The notes below the pieces were generated by a model. It was given only the letters and a program-made list of their open reading frames with translations. It made no database searches and had not been told where the DNA came from. DNA of 63,700 bases, the filler included, from Calcarisporiella thermophila CBS 279.70 (taxonomy: Eukaryota > Fungi > Calcarisporiellomycota), in assembly GCF_041956535.1 (NCBI RefSeq). It is 11 parts of 10 records of this genome, joined end to end, with 100 filler letters (N's around TTAATTAATTAA, not from the genome) between each part and the next. Parts side by side here need not be neighbours in the genome. Positions count along the whole stretch, not along the records: positions 50,076 to 55,094 come from NW_027192220.1; positions 55,195 to 61,927 come from NW_027192241.1; positions 62,028 to 63,700 come from NW_027192213.1; 8 more parts are not named here. One strand, written 5' to 3'. Below, one piece after another: positions 50,195 to 62,138 of this stretch. Position 1 is the stretch's first letter, and each line of letters starts with the position of its first letter. A program made the translations under genes and the position numbers.

Positions 50195-50496
50195 TATTAT
50201 TGAGGCAATTTGAGTTAGGAGAGAAAGGTAATAACCCCGCTTCTTATTCCACAATGCAAAATGTCCAAACATATACTCAAAGAACAGTGATATCAGCAAC
50301 CAGTCACAAAATATATGAATTAACTAATACTAAAAAATGTAACAAATGATGTTATGGATAGTTTGAGATAAGAGAGAAAGGTAATAACTCCGCCTATTAT
50401 TCCAAAGTCCAAAAGCCAATATATATATATGCGTTTAATGATGATGTCACAAAGTAGCCACAAGTATAAGACAAGCTGAAACTACGAAACGTAACA
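50195..50496 (-). repeat. Two tandem solo LTRs (50195-50344, 50350-50496) related to LTR 53659-53797
   Basis: Shared GAGAAAGGTAATAAC.CCGC core; T(G/A)TTA...TAACA termini. Confidence 0.85.
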
Positions 50497-50501
50497 ATTG
50501 A

Positions 50502-51280
50502 TGTTACGTTTATTAGTTTTAGATTAGAGATCTTATCTAGATATTGTACTCATTGAAGAATTAAAGCAGATGATTGACAACGGTAGAGTGCGGCCTTCGA
50601 AGAGTCCGTGGGCAGCGCCATTGAACCCAGTGAAGAAGGCAGATGAAGCCACCAGGATGGCAGTCGATTATCGCCGTCTAAACGAAGTAACGAAAAAGGA
50701 TCGTTATCCCTTACCAAACCCGCAGGATTATTTTTCTCACTTGAGGGGTGCGAAGGTATTCTCGACGATAGACCTTGCATCCGGGTTTTGGCAGATTGAA
50801 CTCGAGGAAGCAGATAAAGAGAAGACAGCGTTCACCTCACCGCTAGGCCTATATGAGTTCAACGTTATGCCATTCGGGCTGACGAATGACCCAGCAACTT
50901 TCCAACGCATGATTGACGCCGTATGCACTGGTATGAAATGGAATTTTTGCATGCCTTACATGGATGATCTACTTGTGTTCTCAGCAACGGTCGAGGAGCA
51001 TATAAAGCATTTGACTAGGGTGTTTGAAGCCCTGGTCAGTGGAGGTCTCAAACTGAAAAGGAGCAAATGCAAGTTCTTTCGTAAGGAAGTCAAGTACTTA
51101 GGGCACGTTATTGGAGAAAACGGCATAAGTACAGATCCGGAGAAGACAAAAGCGATCACGGAATTTCTAGAGCCAACAAATCTCACGGAAGTGCGACGAT
51201 CTTATGGGCTATTAAGCTACTATCGTAGATTTATCCGGAACTTTTCGCAATTGGTAAAGCCGTTAAGTGATCTGACGCGG
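50502..51280 (+). mobile_element. Internally deleted Ty3/Gypsy copy: LTR stub (50502-50550) fused to RT
   Basis: TGTTACGTTT LTR start; PSKSPWAAP, DYRRLN, DLASGFWQ, MPFGL, YMDD. Confidence 0.88.
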
Positions 51281-53797
51281 TCAGAACGGTCTAAACTTCT
51301 TAAGTGCCCAACACACTGCAAGTGCCTCCTTTTCCGTAGCAGTGTAATGTGTTCCGCTGGTCGTAGATTACGACTAAGTCAAGCAATCATATGTTCTTTA
51401 CCTCGACCGTCGCGTTGTGCCAATACAGCACCCAAACCAATGTTACTTGCGTCGGTTTGGACATAAAACGGACGACTGAAATCTGGATGTTGTAAGACTG
51501 GAGCTCCCACCAGAGCATCACGAATATCTTTGAAAGCATCTCTGTGTCGTTCTTCAAATTTGAAAACAACGTTCTTCCGCGTTAAATCGCTCAAAGGTTT
51601 GGCCCTTTGCGAAAAGTTTTTGATAAAGCGACGGTAGTAGCTCGATAGCCCATAAAATCGACGCACCTCCGCTAAACTTTTCGGCTCAGGAAATTCAGCA
51701 ATTGCCTGAGTCTTATCAGGATCTGTCTTTATGCCATGCTCTCCGATAATATGTCCTAAGTATTTGACTTCTTTTCTGAAGAACTTGCACTTACTCTTCT
51801 TAAGTTTGAGGCCAGCATTGGCAAGAGCTTCAAACACTCTCCTCAAATGTTCGAAATGCTCCTCCAATGTTGCAGAGAACCCCAACAGATCATCCATGTA
51901 TGGTAAGCAGAAACTCCACTTCATGCCTGCGCATACAACATCGATCATTCGTTGAAAGGTGGCTGGAGCGTTCGTTAATCCAAATGGCATAACATTAAAC
52001 TCAAAAAGGCCCAACGGGAAAGTAAATGCCGTTTTCTCCCGATCCGCTTCTTCGATTTCCATCTGCCAAAACCCTGATGCTAGATCGATAGTCGAAAACA
52101 CTCTAGCGCCTCTCAAATGTGAAAAATAATCCTGCGGATTTGGTAACGGATATTTATCCTTTTTCGTCACCTCGTTAAGACAACGATAGTCAACGGCCAT
52201 CCTAATGGTTCCATCTCCATTCCTCACGGGGTTTAACGACGCTGCCCACGGACTTTTAGAAGGGCGTACTATCCCGTTGTCGATCATTTGTTTCAGCTCC
52301 TCAATTGCTGATTCTCGGAAAGTAGGTGGCAATCGACGCGGAGGAAGAATGATAGGCTTCGCAGTGCCCGTATCAATCCCATGACGAACGACATTTGTAC
52401 GCCCCGGTTTCCTTGGGTTTTCCGCGAAAATTTGAGGGAACTCATTGAGCAGAGTCTCTACCTGCTCGCGTACATCTCCATAATCGCACTCATGCTTTAC
52501 ATCTCCGGCACTCTCCGTAACTTCCTTCATTATCACTTCTGCGTGAAGGGGCACAATGGGCTCTTTGCATTCAGTCATCCTATCGACTTCGTTCCCATTG
52601 CGGTATAGGACACCTTCTTTGCATTCTATAAAAAAGTAATGTCTCCCTAGCGTTGAGAAATCAATGATAATATCATACACTGATACAGGAACCACTAGTA
52701 TTGTTTCCGTCAATGAGGCTGATCCAATCTGCACAGACACTGTAGTCTTCTCTCTGCGCCCGTATCTAATAGAACTCGTACCGACCGACCGCATACATGC
52801 GCGGGGACAGTGAATGTCCTCGGCCCATGAGTTATGTTTACTGCTGAGGTCGCCACAAACTTCTTCGGACAACTTCGCAATAAGTGATTTGGATCACCAC
52901 ATAGATAGCACCTTCTCGGTTCCTTCGTGTCTTTCGCTTCCTCTTCTGTCTTCTCGTCTTTCTCACTCTTCGCATTTTTAACCTGGCGATGCGAACGTCC
53001 CTTTCGTCTAGAATTCCCTTCCTTCGACGACTGTTTCGGACTCGCCTCTGACGCGGTAACACGCTTGCTCGTTGCCTTAGAAGTCCTCTCTTCATAGGTA
53101 CGATATCTATCTTCCGCCTTGCTCACCTCAGCAATTGCGGTTTCAAGCGTATCAAAATTAGCCCAGGGTATATGCTTCGCTAGCAAATCTCGAACAGCAG
53201 AATTCAGAATATCGATTTTATCTTCCTCCTCGAAGATAATGTTGCGTTTGCGCAGGAGCTTCACAAGTTGGGCGCATACAAACGCAACATGTTCCCCTTC
53301 ACGTTGCTTCAAGACGGCGAGCTTATAGAGGTGAGCGCATATAGGCTCCTTCCTTGCGTATTTCTTCTGAAACGCTCTCTTTAACTCTTCCCAACTTGCT
53401 GTCGTCTCACTTGGAAGGTCGCTAAACCAATCTTTGGCATCATTTGTCAACTTCTCGGCGAGAGCACGGGCCTTCAGCTGGTCTGACCAGTTTTGTACCT
53501 TTGCTGCATACTCTAGCTCCTCTAGCCATTCATCCGCATTATTCTGAGTTGCTCCAACAAAAGGTTGAAGATTATAGAGATCGAAAGTCGCTGTGGGGAC
53601 ATATGCTGTATCCTTCTTAGGGAGCATCTTGGGGATTCGATGCAGGTTCTCCACCAAATGTTATTAGGATAGTTTGAGATAAGAGAGAAAGGTAATAACT
53701 CCGCCTATTATTCCAAAGCCAATATATATATATGCATATAATGATGATGTCACAAATAGCACAAGTATAAGACAAGCTGAAACTACGAAACGTAACA
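51281..53797 (-). mobile_element. Ty3/Gypsy element: 5' LTR 53659-53797, PBS, gag, protease, RT, partial RNase H; no integrase
   Basis: PBS TGGTGGAGAA; CYLCGDPNHLLRSC; LLDTGA; YMDD; QTDAS; frameshift after the protease motif and a stop in RNase H. Confidence 0.93.
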
Positions 53798-55754
53798 ATT
53801 GACACAACTAGCAAAAGCCACTTTTTCGAGAGAACTTTATGTAAGCGAGGGTCATTCTGTTAACATACATTATTCCAAGCACCCCTCTCTTCAAAAATTA
53901 ACGACGCTCCGTTGTAGGAAATGACTAACATTGCCAACACTTATACCTTTCATTAATAGAGTCATGACTTTGAATACAATGAAGGAGGCCATCCAGAATG
54001 GCCTTAAGGATTGCTTGAATGCAAATGAACTGTACTAGCAGAATTTCAGAATCAACTTGTCATCTATTCCTTCTATCTACGACATCATTTTCATCACCGA
54101 AACCTCGTATGCTGACGATGAGACGATGCTCCAACATTACGCAAGGCACTTCCAATTACTCTTTCCTTTAACGTGACCTTCGGTTTCCTGACCGCTAGAA
54201 TGGCGAACACTTGGCTATAATCGATCCTCAACTTCAGCTCCGAATCACACAAAACAACATTACTGACTGATCCATCCTCATCACGGTGCAAGATTATGTG
54301 GCATTTAATTCCCTCCAAGAATAGCGATAAACATTCCTCTACAATTCCCAACCCACGCGTGGCAATCGTTAGAATTGTCAAGATAAAATTTTGTGGCCAA
54401 TAAACGAGGCCACTGGAGATAATTGACTTGGTTTGCGAGCATGTGGTCAAGTCGTCCTTAGCATCTTTCACCTTGTGCTCTGAGATAATCAGCTCGAGTA
54501 TGGTAGACCACAGATTCGTTCGATCTCATCTCCTAAATTACTATGCAATTGAACCGCCAATGGATGCTGACCATCTCTACCTTTTGCAATTGGCTGAAGC
54601 TACAATCGGAAACAATGCGCCTAATAGAATGAAAGGGCTAATTGAATTGGTTCATTTATTGTATTTAGGTCAGCATCATGTTTCTATTTATGAGAAGTTT
54701 GAATATCAGGAATGCAAATTACTTCTTCCAGCGGAGCTTCGGCAGCATCGGGAATGGGAAGCTCGAAGCAGTTGCTTGCGGGATGGCCGAGTCAAATGAG
54801 CATATCTTGTTGTTGCATCCTCTAAACTATACATACCTAAGTAATTTGGAGATTGCACTGACATGGAGCTCTTTTCGATCCAATTACTTGCGCTTGACTT
54901 ACATGCTCACGCAACCTCTGACAATCTTTCGTCGGATATTTTTGCTGTGAATTTAAATCTTCATCCCATAGACTCTACGCTCTTTTGAATGAATATAGAG
55001 AATTATGTGTACTTCTGCACTCTTTGAGATGTTCAAACAGATGATGAGATTTTTGCTGCTTTTTGCCAACTCGCGGCCAGAAGAGGTTTAGGTTNNNNNN
55101 NNNNNNNNNNNNNNNNNNNNNNNNNNNNNNNNNNNNNNTTAATTAATTAANNNNNNNNNNNNNNNNNNNNNNNNNNNNNNNNNNNNNNNNNNNNAAAGTA
55201 CTGTACAATATTAGTATAAATTGCCTTAAATTCAATTCAAATCTTAGATAAATCAATTCATGTATCCTCCATTAATCTTTCTCATATATTCGTGTAGAGA
55301 TACCTCTAATTAGACGACGAAAGGGATTGGATAGCATTAGAGCAAATTTAACACAGGAGACACCCGTTACAAAAGGAGAGCAACCTCAGGAGAATGCAGA
55401 GCCGGAAAAACAGAGTAGGAAAAGGGCCAAGAGGAAGAGTGTCAATGACGCAAGTGAAAGCGAAGAGATGGAATCAGCAAGCAGGCCAAATGGATATTTG
55501 ACAAGAGCTGCAAGAAAAAGAAGCGGAACAATGCTACCCTAAAATGTACAACCCATAATAATTGCGAAATAATTAAATAAATATCGCATTTAATTAATCT
55601 GCTATTAATAACGAATGGGTAATATTACAAAGAAATCTATAAAAATAAGGAAAAGGAAAGGGTCGAGAAAAGTTTGAAGTATGGAATAAGAAATCGTAAA
55701 AGAAGGTTCGCGATTGTATATGTTTTCACATCCCTACAATTTCTATAAGATTTT

Positions 55755-56405
55755 TAACTCTTTTCTCTATTGGAGTTTTTTGTAGGGAATGGTATTAAGA
55801 TAGGCTGTTTATGTACATGAAATAACGAAAAGAAGTGAAGGATTGAAAAAGTAAAGGAAGAGGAAAGGAGAAAAAAGAAAAAAAAAGAAAAAGTAGGGAA
55901 AAGAACGATAGAGGAGATGGTATTAATATACAGCAGTGAAGGGTTGGGTGCAGTTCTCAAACCGGAGTTGGGACTGGGATTTGATCTTCAGAGGTGTCCT
56001 GGATGAAAATCACAGAATCATCTATGATGTTCACCCAGTTTCCCCTTGACCATTTATCGATGAAGTCTCTTTTCCGTTCCTGTTTCATTGCCATCCACCA
56101 CTTGAACTTTATTCCTCGCTGTAGTTCGTGGTCAAATTGTTTGGTTATGGCTACCGGATTGGGTTGGACATCGTCCAGCACTAATTCAAGTCTCGAGCGG
56201 TATATTATCCACAGGGCTATTTCGTGGCTCAGAGCAACCACTTCGTCGAAGCGTTGACTTATTTGTTTGTATTGTCCAAACAGTCTGCCTTCTCTCGTGG
56301 ATTCGTGTGGCGGTATTCCAATTATTCGGCAGTTTGTCTCATCAACTCTTTGCCAGAGTTGCGCGATAGCTGGGCAGTCTAGAAAGGCATGGGCAATTGT
56401 TTCAA
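55755..56405 (-). mobile_element. LINE 3' end related to family B
   Basis: ETIAHAFLDC...IALWIIYRSR...FIDKW. Confidence 0.8.
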
Positions 56406-56486
56406 GTATCCCTAGGGAACACCTTTGATCTTTGTAAAATAAGCCTCCAAAGCCACCTTTCCTCCTACTGCGCCATAATTCCATAT

Positions 56487-56820
56487 TGTGCCAAATCTCC
56501 TCACAACAAATGACATAAATTCGGTAGGGATAATCTAGGATAATTGGGACAGGGATAAGGGAATAAAGGATTTATTACAGAAAACCAAGGAAGAGGAATA
56601 TATTCATAGTACTCCGGGGATGATTATTCTCCTGTTACAATGTTCTCTAAGAATATCCCTTTATATAGGGTGAAGTATGACCAATGAAATAAACTAACAA
56701 CGGGAATTCTAATTAATATAATCTTAATACTTGTTTGCGGCTGCACTTGCGTCGTAGTCGGGTGCCGGAAGGTAGTCTTCAATCTCGTTAGGCCTCATAT
56801 CTGATTCAGTTTATGACACA
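56487..56820. repeat. Probable solo LTR ending 10 bp upstream of tRNA-Leu
   Basis: TGTGCCA...TGACACA near-inverted termini, internal TATA-like motif; no TSD or second copy seen. Confidence 0.5.
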
Positions 56821-56830
56821 AAAAAGGCAA

Positions 56831-56912
56831 GGCGAGATGGCCGAGTGGTCTAAGGCGTCACGTTTAGGCCGTGATCTCTTCGGAGGCGTGGGTTCGAACC
56901 CCACTCTCGTCA
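56831..56912 (+). tRNA. tRNA-Leu(TAG)
   Basis: TCACG-TTTAGGC-CGTGA anticodon arm, long variable arm, GGTTCGAACCC. Confidence 0.95.
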
Positions 56913-57112
56913 CTATCTTTTATATTTTTTACCCACATAGAGACAAATACAACATTCAGAATTAGTTTGTTCTAACTCTGAGTAAAAATTCAGGATATAA
57001 ATCCCCGGTTGGGTTGATTTGATTTGTCATCGCACGGTGGCGAAAGTAATTTAATCTTCAACATTCTCGATGACTATTCAGACTTCCAAAAAAACCTCCT
57101 CTTACTAGCAAA

Positions 57113-57549
57113 ATGCCAAGAGCTGAATGGAATGGAAAGGTCCTCGCCGAGGCCACCAGTGAAGAGTGTCAAATAGTGGAGGGGAACATCTATTTTCCTC
57201 CTTCGGCTATTCATAAGGAATATTTCCGTAACAATGACAAGAATACATTCTGCCCATGGAAGGGCCACGCATCATACTACGACGTTGTTGTAGAGGGTGA
57301 GAAAAGATATAATTCCCCCCCCCCCCCCACCCCAATGTTTGATCTCCATTATTTTACTCCTGTTTATTCCACAGGTGAGGTTAACCAGGCATGTGCATGG
57401 TATTACCCAATCCCTTACGATAAGGCCAAGCATATAAAGGATCATGTCGCGTTTTGGCAGGTAACTTAATCAGCCCTCCAGTTATAACTTGGGGTAGTGA
57501 TTTACTAATTCTGCCTTTTGCCTATCAGGGTGTCAAAGTTACACCTTGA
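57113..57549 (+). CDS. DUF427 family protein, 3 exons
   Basis: VEGNIYFPP, TFCPWKGHASYY, AWYYP, VAFWQ|GVKV. Confidence 0.9.
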
Positions 57550-57754
57550 TCAGAATAGGCGTATTTGCACTCATTTAATAGTTGTTAACTTAGTATGGGA
57601 ATTCAGTAAAAATAAATTGGTAGCCGTCTGAATATATTTGAAACCAAAGATAAATGTGGGAGGAAATAGAATTCTCGAGATTAGATATACAAAGTGCTAT
57701 ATAATGGTTAGATAGTATTCAAGGGCCTCTCCACGTTGTGTTAAATAGCTAGGT

Positions 57755-58896
57755 TTACTTATCCTCCTTTGCTTCCTCCTTATTTCCACGGTCGCCCTCT
57801 GTTTTCTTATCCTCTGCCTCAGCGTTGGCTTCCTCTTCTTCGCAGAGCTCCTCTTCCGCATATCGCTTTAACTCCTCCTCCCAGTCCTCCACTTCCTCTT
57901 TTTTATCGTTTGTATTCTTTGGCCGCCTCTGCCCGTTTTTGCTGTCGATGACTGGCAGTGAAGGAGATGTGGGTGAGGTGGGTGACGCGACGCCACCAAA
58001 AAAGCTCTTCATTTTGGTTAAAGCATCATCCATCCATGCATCGAGGTCTTCATCCACTCCCTCCGGTTTCCTGGAAGTTTTCTCGTCGACATCAAAAAGG
58101 ATTTGTGCCTAAATAGATAAATGCTCATTCGCTCAGTAAAACTGGATCAACCCCTTCGTCTCCTATCCTGTTTTCTAATTCACATACATCTTCATCGGTA
58201 TTCTCGTCAGCATCATCCTCGCGATAGAACACTAGTTCTTCCGGTACAGGTTCCCCGCTGAAAAAGCTTCTTTTCACTACGCCTACACGATAGAAGTAAT
58301 TGTGCCAGAATTCCTCCTCTTTAATACTAGGGAGGTGGGCCGATGCCAAGTTGAAATACAGATTAAGTTAGAAATTCACTTCACCACAATACAAAAATCA
58401 AACACTTACACCCTTGGTACCAGCCTATGGCGCATACGGCCCAGTCGCGCATCTGCTTGCATCGTAGCTAATGCACTCTGATAATAGACAGCCATGTCAA
58501 ATGGATCTTCAGGGGGAGGCGGAACTGTGAAATTCCGCTTGTCCTAATAGGATGGTTCTGGATTAGAAGCTGCGATGAAAATGCACGCTGATAAAGTAGA
58601 ATCACTTTTGATATGGCCAAAATCCTCTGCTTGAGCTCCTCCTCTCCCTCAACTCCATGCCATGGCGGCACAGAATCGGTGGGTCTTGGCAATTGACGCC
58701 GATTTTGCTCGACAAACTCTGCATAGGAACGACGAAATTCTTCGGGTGCCTTGCTAACTAAATCGGGCAACTTGGTAAGCTCCTGAGTAGCACGCCGGGT
58801 GTAGGTAGTCAAGGCATTCCACGCGGAAAGACGCTTTTGTGGCTTGTAGTTTGGCGGTTGGTTATTCTCCACCTGTACAGATGCGGTCTCCGACAT
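57755..58896 (-). CDS. BSD-domain protein (SYAP1-like), multi-exon
   Basis: PPW...ILAISK|DKRNF..PPP...MRHRLVP|EEEFWHNYFYRV. Confidence 0.85.
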
Positions 58897-59351
58897 GATG
58901 ATTAGGATTTCTAAGAACGCGCCTGGACTAAAGGCTTGAAATTTTTGGTGGAGGCAAAATTAAGCCACCACTTGACGATGGGATTGAAAAAGAGAAAATT
59001 GACGGATGGAGGCCATACAGAACAAGCGCTTGGAGAAATGGTTGCGTTTATTTATAGACTACACTCACAAACATGAACTAAAGTAGAAATTGGTAATATA
59101 TAGAGATATTTCAGAAAGAGGTAGGTTATAAGGGGGAGATATTGGAGAAAAGCAAAGGAGGGGGAATATTGTCAAGAAAAATCAGTTTTTTTTTGGAGGG
59201 GGTAGGAGGAGGGGGAGGAGGAGGGGGAGGAGGAGGGGATGGGGAAGGAAAGGGGATGGGGTTAGGGGTGGAAAATTTTCAAAGCATTATTCATCCGATT
59301 AATTAGCTGTATATATATATAAATATGGTGTGTATAATGTGAACGTTTGGC

Positions 59352-60314
59352 TTAAAGGAAGTAGGGGAGAGCCGCAGAGGCAGCCGTCGCTGCGATCGCG
59401 ACAGCAGCCCCCACCATCCAGCGTACTTTACGGCGTTGGCTCACAGCACGCTGCTGCAACTCCTCGAATTCGCCACTCTTTTCCGCTTCTACCTCTTCAC
59501 GCAATACATCATCGAGTTTACGTTTGCGACTGGTCTCTTCAGAAACCGCCGTCGTTGTCTCTTCTTTGGTTTCTTCGTCCTTATCCTCCTGAGTATCCAT
59601 GTTTTTCTCCAGGCTTAAGTCAGGCTTGGCTTCCGTCTCCCCGGTGCTGTCCTCGGTGGCTTCGACGGCATTGACATCAGCTTGTGCCTCAGCCTTATCC
59701 ACATTTCCAGTAAGCGGTTCATCCGGCTTTACTTCTACACCACTCCGCTCCATATCGTCGTCGCCTTTCTCCTCTATCTTTTCCACCTTCTCAGCTTCCG
59801 CATCCACCTTTTCCACCTCTTGTACCGATGCATTCTCCTCCACTTTCGCTTGCGAATCCTCTTTAACCTCCTCCTTCTTGTCATACACCAAATTTCTCAC
59901 GGCTCTCTCTATCCCATATTCCTTGGCCAACGCTTGAGCCATTGGTAGGGACACCCAGATGCCCTTCATCTTCCCCGAGATTTCCTCTTCGCCGGTGCCT
60001 TCTCCTTTCAGCCACTGCATCTCCCTTGCCTCGAGCTCTTCACTTGAGGTCGGGAAGGCGGCCCTGAACAGCTGCGTCGCATTCACCCTGTCATTGTCGA
60101 GGCGGCGCAATACTGGCTGCGTCCCATAAACGGTCGGCAAGTCGATACGCTGAACTCGCAGCTTGCGCTTGTTCTCGGCGAGAATCGTCACAGTGCGGGC
60201 AGATGGCGAGGGCGAGGTAGAGGAGTGGAGCAGGTGGTTGCGGAAAAGCGGGAGCTCACGTTCGGTGTTGGCCGCCGTGGGCTGCTGCTGCTGTTGAGGG
60301 GCAAGCGTTTCCAT
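59352..60314 (-). CDS. bqt4: KilA-N/APSES protein with C-terminal transmembrane helix (Bqt4-like)
   Basis: LRRLDNDRVNATQLFRAAFP...GIWVSL..A.ALAKEYGI, acidic linker, tail anchor ending PYFL. Confidence 0.8.
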   Translation of the reverse strand: METLAPQQQQQPTAANTERELPLFRNHLLHSSTSPSPSARTVTILAENKRKLRVQRIDLPTVYGTQPVLRRLDNDRVNATQLFRAAFPTSSEELEAREMQWLKGEGTGEEEISGKMKGIWVSLPMAQALAKEYGIERAVRNLVYDKKEEVKEDSQAKVEENASVQEVEKVDAEAEKVEKIEEKGDDDMERSGVEVKPDEPLTGNVDKAEAQADVNAVEATEDSTGETEAKPDLSLEKNMDTQEDKDEETKEETTTAVSEETSRKRKLDDVLREEVEAEKSGEFEELQQRAVSQRRKVRWMVGAAVAIAATAASAALPYFL

Positions 60315-61411
60315 TTCTAGGGCGTGACAAATAAACAAATTCTAAACAGGCTAGGGTAGGAAGGATTGTGAAGATGATTGCAATGTCGAACAAAAAGGAA
60401 TGGTTAGGGCAGGGTCGCTGAAAGGGAAAAGGGCTTGACCGCACTCCGGAACAAACAAAAACAGGGATGTTTGGTTCGAAGTGATGATCGAAGAAGAGAG
60501 AAAGATGGCTCGGGGAAGTAGGGCGAAGCAACGGCCAAGGGGAAATATTGCGAAAAAAAAAAAATGGTGCTCGTGTTACGTGGTCCTAACGCTGATTTGT
60601 GTGCGGCATGTGGGGCTGCTTGCCTCGTCCCCAACACTCAGATTGGCACAAGGGATACGGCCGGAGAGGAACACCATAGGGAGGAGCTGTCAAAGCTTTT
60701 TGAACCACCCTCGACCAAAGCGGGCTACTAGAGCGCTGCTCGGCCCTGCCCGCCCGAAGACGCGACCATCCTCGCCCAAGTGCCGGCTGGACTGGGGCAA
60801 ACCCTGTTCCTCGGCAATCGCGTCAGCGCTGTGTCCCCGTCAATATCCGGCCGGGGATGGCAGTGCTTGCCGCAGGCTGTGTGCGAAATTGAAGCCCGCT
60901 TAGATGAAGAAGAGTGCCCGTGGAGAGAACAGAGTACCCAAGCCTCGATATAACGCATCAGCAGTTAAACTTGCATTTATTTATTGCATTCGAGCGCATA
61001 TGGTAGGCGCTTCTTCCCGTGGCTAGTAAGAATTGAGATCAGCACGGGTAATCGAGATCGCAAGCCGGCGGGGAATAGGAGAAATACAAGCTTATACAGG
61101 CTAAATCTATAGGAGTGTACTTTGTGGTCATATTAAGAAGCCGATAAAATTCACAATAGTTTCACATATTCCAGGCTTGTGAGTTATTTAATTCTCCTCC
61201 ACATTGCTGATGTTGAAACCTTTGTTCACCGTAGTGACTCCCAGCTTTATATTCGCCCATTGCATCCACAAAAGTTCTTGATCCAAACTCGTGAAATTTA
61301 TTATCAGCTCCTTTTCTGGGAAAATTAATCGATTAGCAAGTAGCTCTGTCATTTAGAGCAAGGCTTTATGAATATAGAAAAAAAAAACTAATTCCACTAG
61401 AGAAAACAATG

Positions 61412-61484
61412 CGCTCAAGCCAGGACTCGAACCTGGAATCTTCCGCTTAGGAGGCGGACGCGTTATCCATTACGCCACGTGAGC
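61412..61484 (-). tRNA. tRNA-Arg(CCT), one acceptor-stem mismatch
   Basis: TCCGC-CTCCTAA-GCGGA arm; GGTTCGAGTCC; C6:T67 mismatch. Confidence 0.9.
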
Positions 61485-61567
61485 CAATCACCCGGATTTG
61501 TTAAGGCAAAGTTGATTTTTGGAATGAAAAAATTACACAAGCAGTCACTCTGATACTCGGGACACAT

Positions 61568-61906
61568 GGGGGAGGGTTAGTGTAGTGGACTATCCCTGGG
61601 ATGCCGATGAGAACGGCGTGGGTTCGAATCCCACCTCCCCCACCAGCACTTACTCTTAGTTTGTGACTGCTGTCCACTTGATCAGAAGCTGAGTCTTGAT
61701 TATTGAAAAGATCGCCCTTACGATAAGTACAAAAGATTACATTGGTTTCACGTACATGCTATTCACGTCAACTACGATACACGCATATCGATTGAACGTC
61801 TATCGATCCAGGACCTATATCTCGTTATGTTAAGTCCATTGACATAAACTTCATGTAATATATGGAAATTAAATAAAAGTTTCCATTGATTGATCAAAAA
61901 AAAAAA
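61568..61906 (+). mobile_element. tRNA-derived SINE with poly(A) tail and 16-bp TSD
   Basis: A box TAGTGTAGTGG, B box GGTTCGAATCC, A11 tail, GATACTCGGGACACAT at 61552-61567 and 61907-61922. Confidence 0.88.
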
Positions 61907-62138
61907 GATACTCGGGACACATATTGGNNNNNNNNNNNNNNNNNNNNNNNNNNNNNNNNNNNNNNNNNNNNTTAATTAATTAANNNNNNNNNNNNNNNNN
62001 NNNNNNNNNNNNNNNNNNNNNNNNNNNGGCTTATTGTTTTCTAAGCTTGCTCGAAATCCTCCCAGCGCAAATAATATCCTTCGCACAGTACCCCCCCCCC
62101 CCCCTAAGACGTGTGTGTCCTAACAAGAACAGAGCACA

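Noticed and set aside
54000-55094. Broken ORF-like sequence
   Set aside because: No recognisable motif; cannot support a call
61568-61645. Possible bacterial tRNA or tmRNA end (encoded CCA) suggesting contamination or HGT
   Set aside because: Non-canonical cloverleaf, Pol III boxes, poly(A) tail and TSD fit a SINE head better
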